In this document: one piece after another, positions 57,305-64,000 of the stretch | How the letters are laid out: every line of letters starts with the position of its first letter | Numbering within the stretch: the stretch's first letter is position 1 | Origin: Saccharofermentans sp. | GTDB taxonomy: Bacteria > Bacillota > Clostridia > Saccharofermentanales > Saccharofermentanaceae | Assembly: GCA_024685135.1 (NCBI GenBank) | Contig: JAIKWA010000090.1 | Coordinates: 29,267-93,266 of the forward strand | DNA length: 64,000 nt | Direction: 5' to 3' | Made by a program: the position numbers and the translations under genes | The notes under the pieces: model-generated | Told to the model about the DNA's origin: nothing | Seen by the model: the letters and a program-made list of their open reading frames with translations, nothing else | Databases searched by the model: none

Positions 57305-57814
57305 ATGGCAGCAGGAAAAGTATTGGTTATCATGGGATCTGATTCTGACTTTCCGGTAATGGAAGGTTGCTTCAAGATGCTGAATAAGTTTGGCGTTGAG
57401 TTTGAGGCAGACGTCGCATCCGCACACAGGACACCCGACCGTGCGCACGAGCTTGCGTCTACCGCTGAAGAAAGAGGATTCAAGGTCATCATCGCTGCTG
57501 CAGGACTTGCAGCTCATCTGGCAGGTGTTCTTGCCGCTAATACGACTCTTCCCGTAATCGGAGTTCCCTGCAAAGGCGGTGCTCTTAACGGTGTTGATGC
57601 TCTTTACGCAACGGTCCAGATGCCTACAGGCATTCCGGTCGCTACTGTTGCGATCGACGGCGGATCCAATGCCGCCATTCTCGCATGCCAGATCCTCGCG
57701 CTTTCCGATAAGGATCTGAGCGATGCTCTCAAGGCTTACAAGAAGAGTCTTGCTGATTCTGTTGCCGAGCGTGATGCAAGGCTTAAGCAGAAGATAGCCG
57801 ATATGGACAAATAA
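57305..57814 (+). CDS. purE: N5-carboxyaminoimidazole ribonucleotide mutase (class I PurE)
   Basis: ATG 57305 after RBS AAAGGAGGAG. 'GSDSD', 'SAHRTP' and 'AAGLAAHLAG' resemble class I PurE. Confidence 0.85.
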   Translation: MAAGKVLVIMGSDSDFPVMEGCFKMLNKFGVEFEADVASAHRTPDRAHELASTAEERGFKVIIAAAGLAAHLAGVLAANTTLPVIGVPCKGGALNGVDALYATVQMPTGIPVATVAIDGGSNAAILACQILALSDKDLSDALKAYKKSLADSVAERDARLKQKIADMDK

Positions 57815-57844
57815 TCAAATCATTCATACAAAGGACGGAACAAA

Positions 57845-59227
57845 ATGAGCGGAATTTTCGGAACTTATGACATTAAGGGTCAGGCGCAGGATGTAGCAAA
57901 AGATGCTTATTACGGCATTTTTTCACTTCAGCACAGAGGTCAGGAATGTGCAGGTATCGCCGTAAACGACAACGGTACTTTCCTCGTACATAAAGCAATT
58001 GGACTAGTTACCGATGTTTTCGATGAAGTTACATTATCTGCATTGCAGGGTACATGCGCCATTGCTCACTGCAAGGGCGGTTCTCCACGTGAGAACGGAC
58101 CTGAAGCGATCCAACCCATATCGATCAAGTCAAGAGTTGGAAGCATTGCTCTCACTTCTGATTCTGTGATCATGAATGCCAATAAGGTCAGAGACGAACT
58201 CAAGGATCAGGGTGCCATCTTCCAGACTAATACTGATTCCGAGATCATCCTTTCACTGTTCTCCAGAAACAGGATCAGAACAGAGGACTGTGAGCATGCC
58301 ATCCTCGAGACAATGAAGCAGATCCACGGCGTTTATGCCATGATCTTCATGACGGAAGACAAGCTCATCGGCGTAAGGGATCCTTACGGATTAAGACCGC
58401 TCATCCTCGGAAAGAAAGATGACAGATACTATATCTCATCAGAGTCCTGCGCTCTCGACGCAATCGGATGCGAGACGGTAAGAGACTTCCTGCCCGGCGA
58501 GATCATTACTATTTCAAAAGACGGCATGAGCTCACTTCTCTATAACGAAGCAACAGAGAAGAAGGATACAAAGGTCTGCGTTTTCGAGTATGTATACGTT
58601 GCAAGACCTGACTCTGTGATCGACAAGATGTCCATTTTCGATTCAAGATACAGAGTAGGTATGGCTCTTGCAAAGGAGAGCCCTGCTGATGTTGACCTTG
58701 TAATCGGCGCTCCCGACTCAGGCAACGCTGCTGCAGAAGGTTATGCGGCAGGCCTTGGCGTTTCATACGGATCAGGACTTCTCAAGAACAGATACGTAGG
58801 CAGAACATTCATCAAGAGCACACAGCAGCAGAGAGAACTCGCAGTAAGAATGAAGTTCGCAGCTCTCAAGACTGCCATCAAGGACAAGAAGATCGCTATC
58901 GTTGATGACTCTCTTGTAAGAGGTACAACGACAAAGCACATAATTTCATTCCTCAGGGAGAACGGTGCAAAAGAAGTACATGTAAGACTTGCATCTCCGC
59001 CGGTTAAGTTCGGCTGCTGCTATGGCGTCAATGCTTCTTCTGAGACTGAGCTTCCCGCAAGCACAAAGACAATAGAAGAGATCCGCGACATGATCGGTGC
59101 TGACTCGCTTGCTTATATCAGCCTTGAGTCTTTGAAGGCATCGCTTAACACGATCGACTGCGGCGTTTGTTCCGCATGCTTCGACGGTGACTTCGTTGCC
59201 GGAAAGCCCGAGGATGGCGAAGCTTAA
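57845..59227 (+). CDS. purF: Amidophosphoribosyltransferase homologue with non-canonical glutaminase site (Ser in place of Cys1)
   Basis: 460 aa. The N-terminus is 'MSGIFG', where MCGI(F/V)G is expected. 'LQHRGQ', 'VDDSLVRGTT' (PRPP loop), and Cys residues at the positions of the Fe-S ligands ('CVFEY', 'FGCCYG', 'CGVCSAC') are present. Confidence 0.85.
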   Translation: MSGIFGTYDIKGQAQDVAKDAYYGIFSLQHRGQECAGIAVNDNGTFLVHKAIGLVTDVFDEVTLSALQGTCAIAHCKGGSPRENGPEAIQPISIKSRVGSIALTSDSVIMNANKVRDELKDQGAIFQTNTDSEIILSLFSRNRIRTEDCEHAILETMKQIHGVYAMIFMTEDKLIGVRDPYGLRPLILGKKDDRYYISSESCALDAIGCETVRDFLPGEIITISKDGMSSLLYNEATEKKDTKVCVFEYVYVARPDSVIDKMSIFDSRYRVGMALAKESPADVDLVIGAPDSGNAAAEGYAAGLGVSYGSGLLKNRYVGRTFIKSTQQQRELAVRMKFAALKTAIKDKKIAIVDDSLVRGTTTKHIISFLRENGAKEVHVRLASPPVKFGCCYGVNASSETELPASTKTIEEIRDMIGADSLAYISLESLKASLNTIDCGVCSACFDGDFVAGKPEDGEA

Positions 59228-59257
59228 GAAATATCAGGTATTGTTTGAGGATAAACG

Positions 59258-59881
59258 ATGAAGATAGCAGTATTCGTATCAGGAGGCGGAACAAATCTCC
59301 AGGCGATAATCGACAACACTAAGACAGGGATCCTGAAAGACATTGAGATCGTTCTCGTCCTTTCATCATCACCTTCAGCATATGCGCTGACACGTGCTTC
59401 AGAGAACGGAATACCTTCCGTTGTAATGAGGGCTTCAGACTATCCTTCAAGGGAGCAGTGGGACAGCGAAATGGCTGAGTGTGTTAAGAAGTCAGGCGCT
59501 GAACTTATTGTTCTCGCAGGTTATCTTTCGCTTCTGGGATCCAAGACGGTTTCGATGTATTCCAACCGCATAATCAACATTCATCCGTCACTGATCCCTT
59601 CTTTCTGCGGAGAGGGCATGTACGGCATCAAGCCGCATAAAGCAGCACTTGCAAGAGGAGTAAAGGTATCAGGCGCGACGGTTCATTTCGTAAACGAGAA
59701 TTACGATGAAGGTCCGATCCTTTTGCAGAAATCGGCAGAAGTACTTCCCGGCGACACGCCTGAAGTGCTTCAGAAGAGGATCATGCAGGAGTGCGAATGG
59801 AAGATACTTCCCAAAGCCATAAGGCTTATCGCAGACGGCAAGGTTTCTATCGAAAACAACATAGCATACGTAACAGAATAA
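59258..59881 (+). CDS. purN: Phosphoribosylglycinamide formyltransferase
   Basis: 207 aa. 'VFVSGGGTNLQAII', 'NIHPSLIP' and 'HFVNENYDEGPI' PurN motifs. Confidence 0.9.
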   Translation: MKIAVFVSGGGTNLQAIIDNTKTGILKDIEIVLVLSSSPSAYALTRASENGIPSVVMRASDYPSREQWDSEMAECVKKSGAELIVLAGYLSLLGSKTVSMYSNRIINIHPSLIPSFCGEGMYGIKPHKAALARGVKVSGATVHFVNENYDEGPILLQKSAEVLPGDTPEVLQKRIMQECEWKILPKAIRLIADGKVSIENNIAYVTE

Positions 59882-59900
59882 CAGTTGGAGGTGCAGAAAA

Positions 59901-60617
59901 ATGAAAACAGCAGATCTCGGAGAATTACTTAAGTCCAATGCTTACCCCGGAAGAGGAATCGTAATTGGAAGAAGTGAGGACGGCAGCAAGGCCGTTACCG
60001 CTTATTTCATCATGGGAAGAAGCGTAAACTCACGCAACCGTGTTTTCACAGAGACATCAGACGGAATCAAGACAGAGGCTTTCGATCCTTCAAAGCTTTC
60101 CGATCCGCATCTCATCATATATTCACCTGTCAGGGTTCTCGGCAACAAGACGATCGTTACAAACGGAGATCAGACAGATACCATCTATGAACTCATGGAC
60201 AGACAGTACACATTTGAGCAGTCTTTAAGGGACAGGGAGTTCGAGGATGATGCTCCGAACTATACTCCCCGTATATCAGGCATCATGCGTGTTGAGAACG
60301 GCACATACAACTTTGCAATGTCGATCTTAAAGAGCGCAGACGGCAATCCCGAGTCCTGCGAGAGACATACTTACACATATTCAAATCCGCTTGACGGAAC
60401 AGGAAGATTCATCCATACATACATGGGTGACGGCAACCCGCTTCCTTCTTTTGAAGGCGAGCCTGAAAAGGTTGCTATCAGCGGCGATATCGATTCATTT
60501 ACAAAGAATGTCTGGGAGTCTCTCAACGAGGAGAACAAGGTATCGCTTTTCGTAAGATTCATCAATATCGCTGACGGTACATACGAGACAAGGATCGTCA
60601 ACAAGAACGTTAGATAA
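59901..60617 (+). CDS. purO: PurO-type (archaeal-like) IMP cyclohydrolase
   Basis: 238 aa. 'YPGRGIVIGRSEDGSKAVTAYFIMGRSVNSRNR', 'VTNGDQTDTI' and 'APNYTPRISG' align by eye with Methanocaldococcus PurO motifs (YLGRILAVGR..., VSNGSHTDTI, NTPRIAA). Confidence 0.75.
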   Translation: MKTADLGELLKSNAYPGRGIVIGRSEDGSKAVTAYFIMGRSVNSRNRVFTETSDGIKTEAFDPSKLSDPHLIIYSPVRVLGNKTIVTNGDQTDTIYELMDRQYTFEQSLRDREFEDDAPNYTPRISGIMRVENGTYNFAMSILKSADGNPESCERHTYTYSNPLDGTGRFIHTYMGDGNPLPSFEGEPEKVAISGDIDSFTKNVWESLNEENKVSLFVRFINIADGTYETRIVNKNVR

Positions 60618-60650
60618 TCCCGCTTTTAGCGGCAACAGGAGGAAACATAT

Positions 60651-61832
60651 ATGTCCAGTGAAATGGCACTTAAGTACGGCTGCAACCCCAATCAGAAGCC
60701 GTCCCGCATCTTTATGGAAAACGGTTCCGAACTTCCTATCGAAGTATTGAACGGTAAGCCCGGATACATCAATCTGCTCGACGCTTTCAATGCGTGGCAG
60801 CTTGTTAAAGAACTCAAGGCAGCAACAGGAATGCCGGCTGCAGCTTCTTTCAAGCATGTTTCACCTGCAGGAGCAGCAGTAGGAAGACCTCTTTCCGATA
60901 CTGAAGCAAAGATCTATTTCGTTGATGATCTTGGAGAGCTTTCTCCGATCGCATGCGCATATGCAAGAGCAAGAGGCGCTGACAGAATGTCTTCTTACGG
61001 CGATTTCGCAGCTCTTTCAGATACATGCGATGCAGTTACTGCAAATATGCTCAAGCGCGAAGTCAGCGACGGCGTCATCGCTCCCGACTACACACCGGAG
61101 GCTCTTGAGATCCTCCAGACAAAGCGTAAGGGAACATATAACGTCATCAGGATCGATCCTTCATATAAGCCTGATCCGATCGAGCGCAAGCAGGTCTTTG
61201 GCGTAACATTCGAGCAGGGAAGAAACGAGCTTGATATCAACAAGGCTCTTCTCGAGAACATTGTAACAGTCAACAAGGATATTCCTGATGACAAGAAGGA
61301 AGATCTTCTCATCTCCCTCATCACTCTAAAGTACACTCAGAGCAACTCCGTTTGCTACGTAAAGGACGGTCAGTGTATTGGTATCGGCGCTGGACAGCAG
61401 TCCAGGATCCACTGCACAAGACTTGCAGGAAACAAGGCTGATATCTGGTGGCTCAGACAGCATCCGAAGGTCATGGGTCTGCAGTTTGTTGATGACATCA
61501 GCCGTCCAGTACGTGACAACACCATCGATGTTTATATTTCCGAAGAGCATGACGACGTCTTAAGAGACGGCGTATGGCAGACGCTTTTCAAGGTTAAGCC
61601 GGAAGTTCTGACCATGGAAGAGAAGAAGGAGTGGATCGCAAAGAACACCAATGTTTCAATCGGTTCTGACGCTTTCTTCCCGTTCGGCGATAACATCGAG
61701 CGCGCTTACAAGAGCGGCGTTAAGTACATTGCAGAACCCGGCGGATCCATCCGTGACGACAACGTCATCGAGACATGCGACAAGTACGGCATGGCAATGG
61801 CATTCACGGGGATCAGACTTTTCCATCATTAA
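60651..61832 (+). CDS. purH: AICAR formyltransferase (PurH AICARFT domain only, no MGS-like cyclohydrolase domain)
   Basis: 393 aa. 'LKYGCNPNQKP', 'SFKHVSPAGAA' and 'GAGQQSRI' AICARFT motifs. It starts directly at the formyltransferase domain. Confidence 0.8.
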   Translation: MSSEMALKYGCNPNQKPSRIFMENGSELPIEVLNGKPGYINLLDAFNAWQLVKELKAATGMPAAASFKHVSPAGAAVGRPLSDTEAKIYFVDDLGELSPIACAYARARGADRMSSYGDFAALSDTCDAVTANMLKREVSDGVIAPDYTPEALEILQTKRKGTYNVIRIDPSYKPDPIERKQVFGVTFEQGRNELDINKALLENIVTVNKDIPDDKKEDLLISLITLKYTQSNSVCYVKDGQCIGIGAGQQSRIHCTRLAGNKADIWWLRQHPKVMGLQFVDDISRPVRDNTIDVYISEEHDDVLRDGVWQTLFKVKPEVLTMEEKKEWIAKNTNVSIGSDAFFPFGDNIERAYKSGVKYIAEPGGSIRDDNVIETCDKYGMAMAFTGIRLFHH

Positions 61833-61836
61833 TTTC

Positions 61837-61919
61837 AAAAGAAGGTTTTGCTCGCTAAGGTCCTCCGCGCGGGCATAGCCCGCTTGTGCGGAAATCGCTC
61901 GCAAAGCCTTCTTTTTCTT
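61837..61919 (+). terminator. Long compound stem-loop after purH (terminator-like)
   Basis: The outer arms AAAAGAAGGTTTTGC (61837-61851) and GCAAAGCCTTCTTTT (61901-61915) pair with one G-U. They enclose an inner GCGGGC-ATA-GCCCGC hairpin and are followed by TTTTCTT. Confidence 0.5.
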
Positions 61920-61944
61920 GGGTTTTACGAAATATAAATGAACG

Positions 61945-61986
61945 GAGTGAGTGAAGTTGAGATATACTTCGCTCACTCTTTTTATT
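61945..61986 (+). terminator. Second Rho-independent terminator after purH
   Basis: GAGTGAGTGAAG-(10 nt)-CTTCGCTCACTC, a 12-bp stem (1 G-U pair), followed by TTTTTATTT. Confidence 0.7.
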
Positions 61987-62061
61987 TCACATATTGCGGA
62001 TGTCATGGTAAAACTAATATATCTTTCGTTTAACTCTTAACAAGATCAGGGGGACAGGAAA

Positions 62062-62616
62062 ATGGCTGAAAATGAAGAGATCAAGGCTCTGGAAGAAAAG
62101 ACTGAAGTAACAGAAACAACTGAAGCAACAGAAGAGGCCGTTGAGAATAAGCCCATAGAGAATAAGCCCGTTGAAGATTCCGGTTCCAAAAAGAATGGTG
62201 ATCTTTCCGTTTTGAGTGACCGCGAACTCCTGATCGAACTGCTGAAAGAGCAGAAGAAGGCAAGTAAGCGTTCACTTATAACTGCCGTATCGCTTGTGGC
62301 GATCTGCCTGATTTTCGGTGCGGCTGTGCTGATCATAGTTCCAAAGGTCAATGCGACTCTCAATAATGCGTATCAGGCGATCGACAACATCGAGGCTGTT
62401 GTTGCCAATGCAGATAAAGCCATTGGATCTGTTGAGAAGTCACTCGACGGCATAGACAAGATGGTTAAGAACGTGGATAAGGTCGTTGTCGACAATACAG
62501 ATTCCGTAAGCAAGACGGTAGAGAGAATGAGTTCCATCGATATAACGGCACTCAACAAGTCGATCAAGGATCTGAGCGACATAATAGAGCCCCTGGCGAA
62601 ATTCTTCAGACGCTGA
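62062..62616 (+). CDS. Hypothetical single-pass membrane protein with a helical, repeat-like ectodomain
   Basis: 184 aa. Acidic N-terminus with a repeated 'ENKPIENKPVE', a TM segment 'LITAVSLVAICLIFGAAVLIIV', then a heptad-like segment rich in N/D/K/V. RBS GGGGGA is upstream. Confidence 0.55.
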   Translation: MAENEEIKALEEKTEVTETTEATEEAVENKPIENKPVEDSGSKKNGDLSVLSDRELLIELLKEQKKASKRSLITAVSLVAICLIFGAAVLIIVPKVNATLNNAYQAIDNIEAVVANADKAIGSVEKSLDGIDKMVKNVDKVVVDNTDSVSKTVERMSSIDITALNKSIKDLSDIIEPLAKFFRR

Positions 62617-62624
62617 TTAACTGA

Positions 62625-64000
62625 TCAGGGATTATATTTCTGCACGGGTGCAGGAGGCTGCATCTTGCCGGAATCGAGGCGGTAACGTCTTATGTAGTAA
62701 GTGCGGCCGATTTCAGCTGCCCAGAATACATACTTGTTTGATACGCCGGTATCATAGCCTGAATGCCACATGTAATGACCGGGCTTCATGTCGATCTCTT
62801 TTTCGCCCTTTTTCTTGCCGTGGAAGTACTCGTATTCCTTTACCGAAGTCTGCTGTACACCTGAATAGATGCCGCAGTGGATCGGCTTCTTGTTTTTGTT
62901 ATAGAAAACAAGGATGTCACCGGGTTTGCAGTGGTTCCTGATCCATGTATTAAACTCTTCTTCGTCGATCTTCTTTTCTTTTCTCTTCCAGGTCTTTTTT
63001 ACCAGCTTTTTGAGCTTGGTCTTGTCAACAGGCCTGCATATAACGGTCTTGCCGTTGTTGTCCTTATAGGTGAAATTGCTGGAAAGCAGGGCTTCAAGAG
63101 CGCTGAGACCGATCCATTCGTTAAGTCTTGCGTACTTGCTTTTTTTGCTGGCTTTTCCGAGATCCGTGCCGAGCGCATCGACCAGACACTGAGCTACTAA
63201 CGCATCGCACCTCATATCCTTATAAGGCGTGCGGTTATAGTACTTTGCGCGTTTGAGAACGGTAGAAGCGAAATTCTTGCCTGTTCCGATCTTCCATTCG
63301 CTGACACCGCTTGAGGAACTGGTAGAGACATAGCTGTAACCATAAGCGCTTCTGATATTTTTCAGGGCGCCGGGATTATTTCCGCCTTTCCTGACAAGAG
63401 TGATCTGGATACCGTCGATGCGTCTGCCTATGCCTCTTGAACCGGAGGGTTCTCCGTTCTTTGCCCACGAAAACCAGCCGAGTCCGCTGACATAAGTCCT
63501 GTAATAGATGTCATAGTGGTAAGCGACTTCGCCTGTAAGCCTTATCTCGATGGCTTCAAATCTTTTCTTTTTTGTAAGCTTCCCGCAAAGAAGGCCGTTG
63601 GATGACCAGTTCTGCCAGCCGCGGTCGCCTGAGATAAGTGCGCGGTACTGGATGCTGCCGGTATATTCATTGCTGCGAAGGGATAATTCGATCCCCTCGA
63701 TCCTTTTGTTCTTGCCGGGCCTGCCGGAGACCAGTTTATTGTATTTCCAGGCCCTTTCCCATTTGGAAGTCTCAATGTAAGACCTGTAGGCAATGTTTGT
63801 TTCGCCGTTCATTCTGCTGCGTCTTACAAGCATAACCCTGATCTGCTCGATCCTTCTGCCTTCGGCAGCGCTTCCGGCTACGGCCTCATCGCAAACCCAG
63901 CCTTGCTGTCCGTTATGAATATCTGTCCATGCCGAGTACCAGATGCCATACGCATCAGCAAGCGCGCCGGTCAGTCTCATTTGGATGGCGGTAATGAAGG
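62625..64000 (-). CDS. ChW-repeat protein with a C-terminal NlpC/P60-like (papain-fold) domain; the N-terminus lies outside the window
   Basis: The frame stays open past the ATG at 63980 to the window edge ('FITAIQMRLTG' continues the repeat). At least 4 ChW-type repeats (aromatic-x..GW..W...G...G..G..RIE[AG]I.I.L). The C-terminal domain has 'RCDALVAQ', 'GDILVFYN...PIHCGIY' and 'HYMWHSG'. Confidence 0.65.
   Translation of the reverse strand, partial: FITAIQMRLTGALADAYGIWYSAWTDIHNGQQGWVCDEAVAGSAAEGRRIEQIRVMLVRRSRMNGETNIAYRSYIETSKWERAWKYNKLVSGRPGKNKRIEGIELSLRSNEYTGSIQYRALISGDRGWQNWSSNGLLCGKLTKKKRFEAIEIRLTGEVAYHYDIYYRTYVSGLGWFSWAKNGEPSGSRGIGRRIDGIQITLVRKGGNNPGALKNIRSAYGYSYVSTSSSSGVSEWKIGTGKNFASTVLKRAKYYNRTPYKDMRCDALVAQCLVDALGTDLGKASKKSKYARLNEWIGLSALEALLSSNFTYKDNNGKTVICRPVDKTKLKKLVKKTWKRKEKKIDEEEFNTWIRNHCKPGDILVFYNKNKKPIHCGIYSGVQQTSVKEYEYFHGKKKGEKEIDMKPGHYMWHSGYDTGVSNKYVFWAAEIGRTYYIRRYRLDSGKMQPPAPVQKYNP

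Noticed and set aside
61937-62032. 31-codon ORF between the two purH terminators
   Set aside because: It has no Shine-Dalgarno, and its sequence is largely the terminator stem itself.
1-64000. Window-wide scan for CRISPR repeats, IS elements and inverted repeats, integrases, phage modules, toxin-antitoxin pairs or defence-island architecture
   Set aside because: I found no periodic direct repeats, transposase/integrase motifs or clusters of unknown genes. Every ORF over ~150 aa that is not antisense noise is accounted for by housekeeping functions or the few hypotheticals listed.

Overview
This 64-kb window is chromosomal sequence from a Firmicutes/Clostridia-type genome. Supporting signs are a PolC-type replicase fragment, a Cheo-type LexA box at recA, a T-box leader, a type-A RNase P RNA and a ChW-repeat protein. 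It is almost entirely housekeeping genes (about 52 CDS, mostly on the + strand, many with 1-8 nt overlaps). In order: polC' - priA - dapAB - yajC - dnaG - trmK - nif3 - rnpB - purM - aqpZ; then GS-like(-), a membrane protein, malic enzyme - lrp - aminotransferase - prfB, hisJ-like(-), an M18 aminopeptidase, mtaD and an ABC exporter pair. Next come a Leu T-box with leuA, uppP(-), citrate synthase(-), SDR(-), a hypothetical, tRNA-Trp(-), proC - rnhA - nudF - ftsK - cinA/pncC - murJ, recA - recX - rimO - pgsA, acpP - rnc - smc - ftsY, hppA, rpsO, nadE, ald and pnp. The window ends with capA-like - purE - purF - purN - purO - purH, a hypothetical, and a partial ChW-repeat/papain-like protein(-). 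RNA elements are RNase P RNA, one tRNA-Trp(CCA) and one leucine T-box riboswitch. I saw no CRISPR array, transposase, integrase, prophage, toxin-antitoxin pair or recognisable defence genes, and I could not support any novel multi-gene system. The most unusual observation is a PurF whose glutaminase active site is systematically substituted (Cys1->Ser, plus loss of the Arg73/Tyr74 and Asn101/Gly102 motifs) while its PRTase and Fe-S features are intact. Lesser oddities: an Arg/Gly-rich tail on PNPase; an in-frame prfB without the programmed frameshift; a PurO-type cyclohydrolase next to an AICARFT-only PurH; a pur cluster fused behind a CapA-like lipoprotein gene; rnpB running straight into purM; and a ChW-repeat protein with a papain-like C-terminal domain. 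All homology calls come from motif recognition by eye, not database searches.
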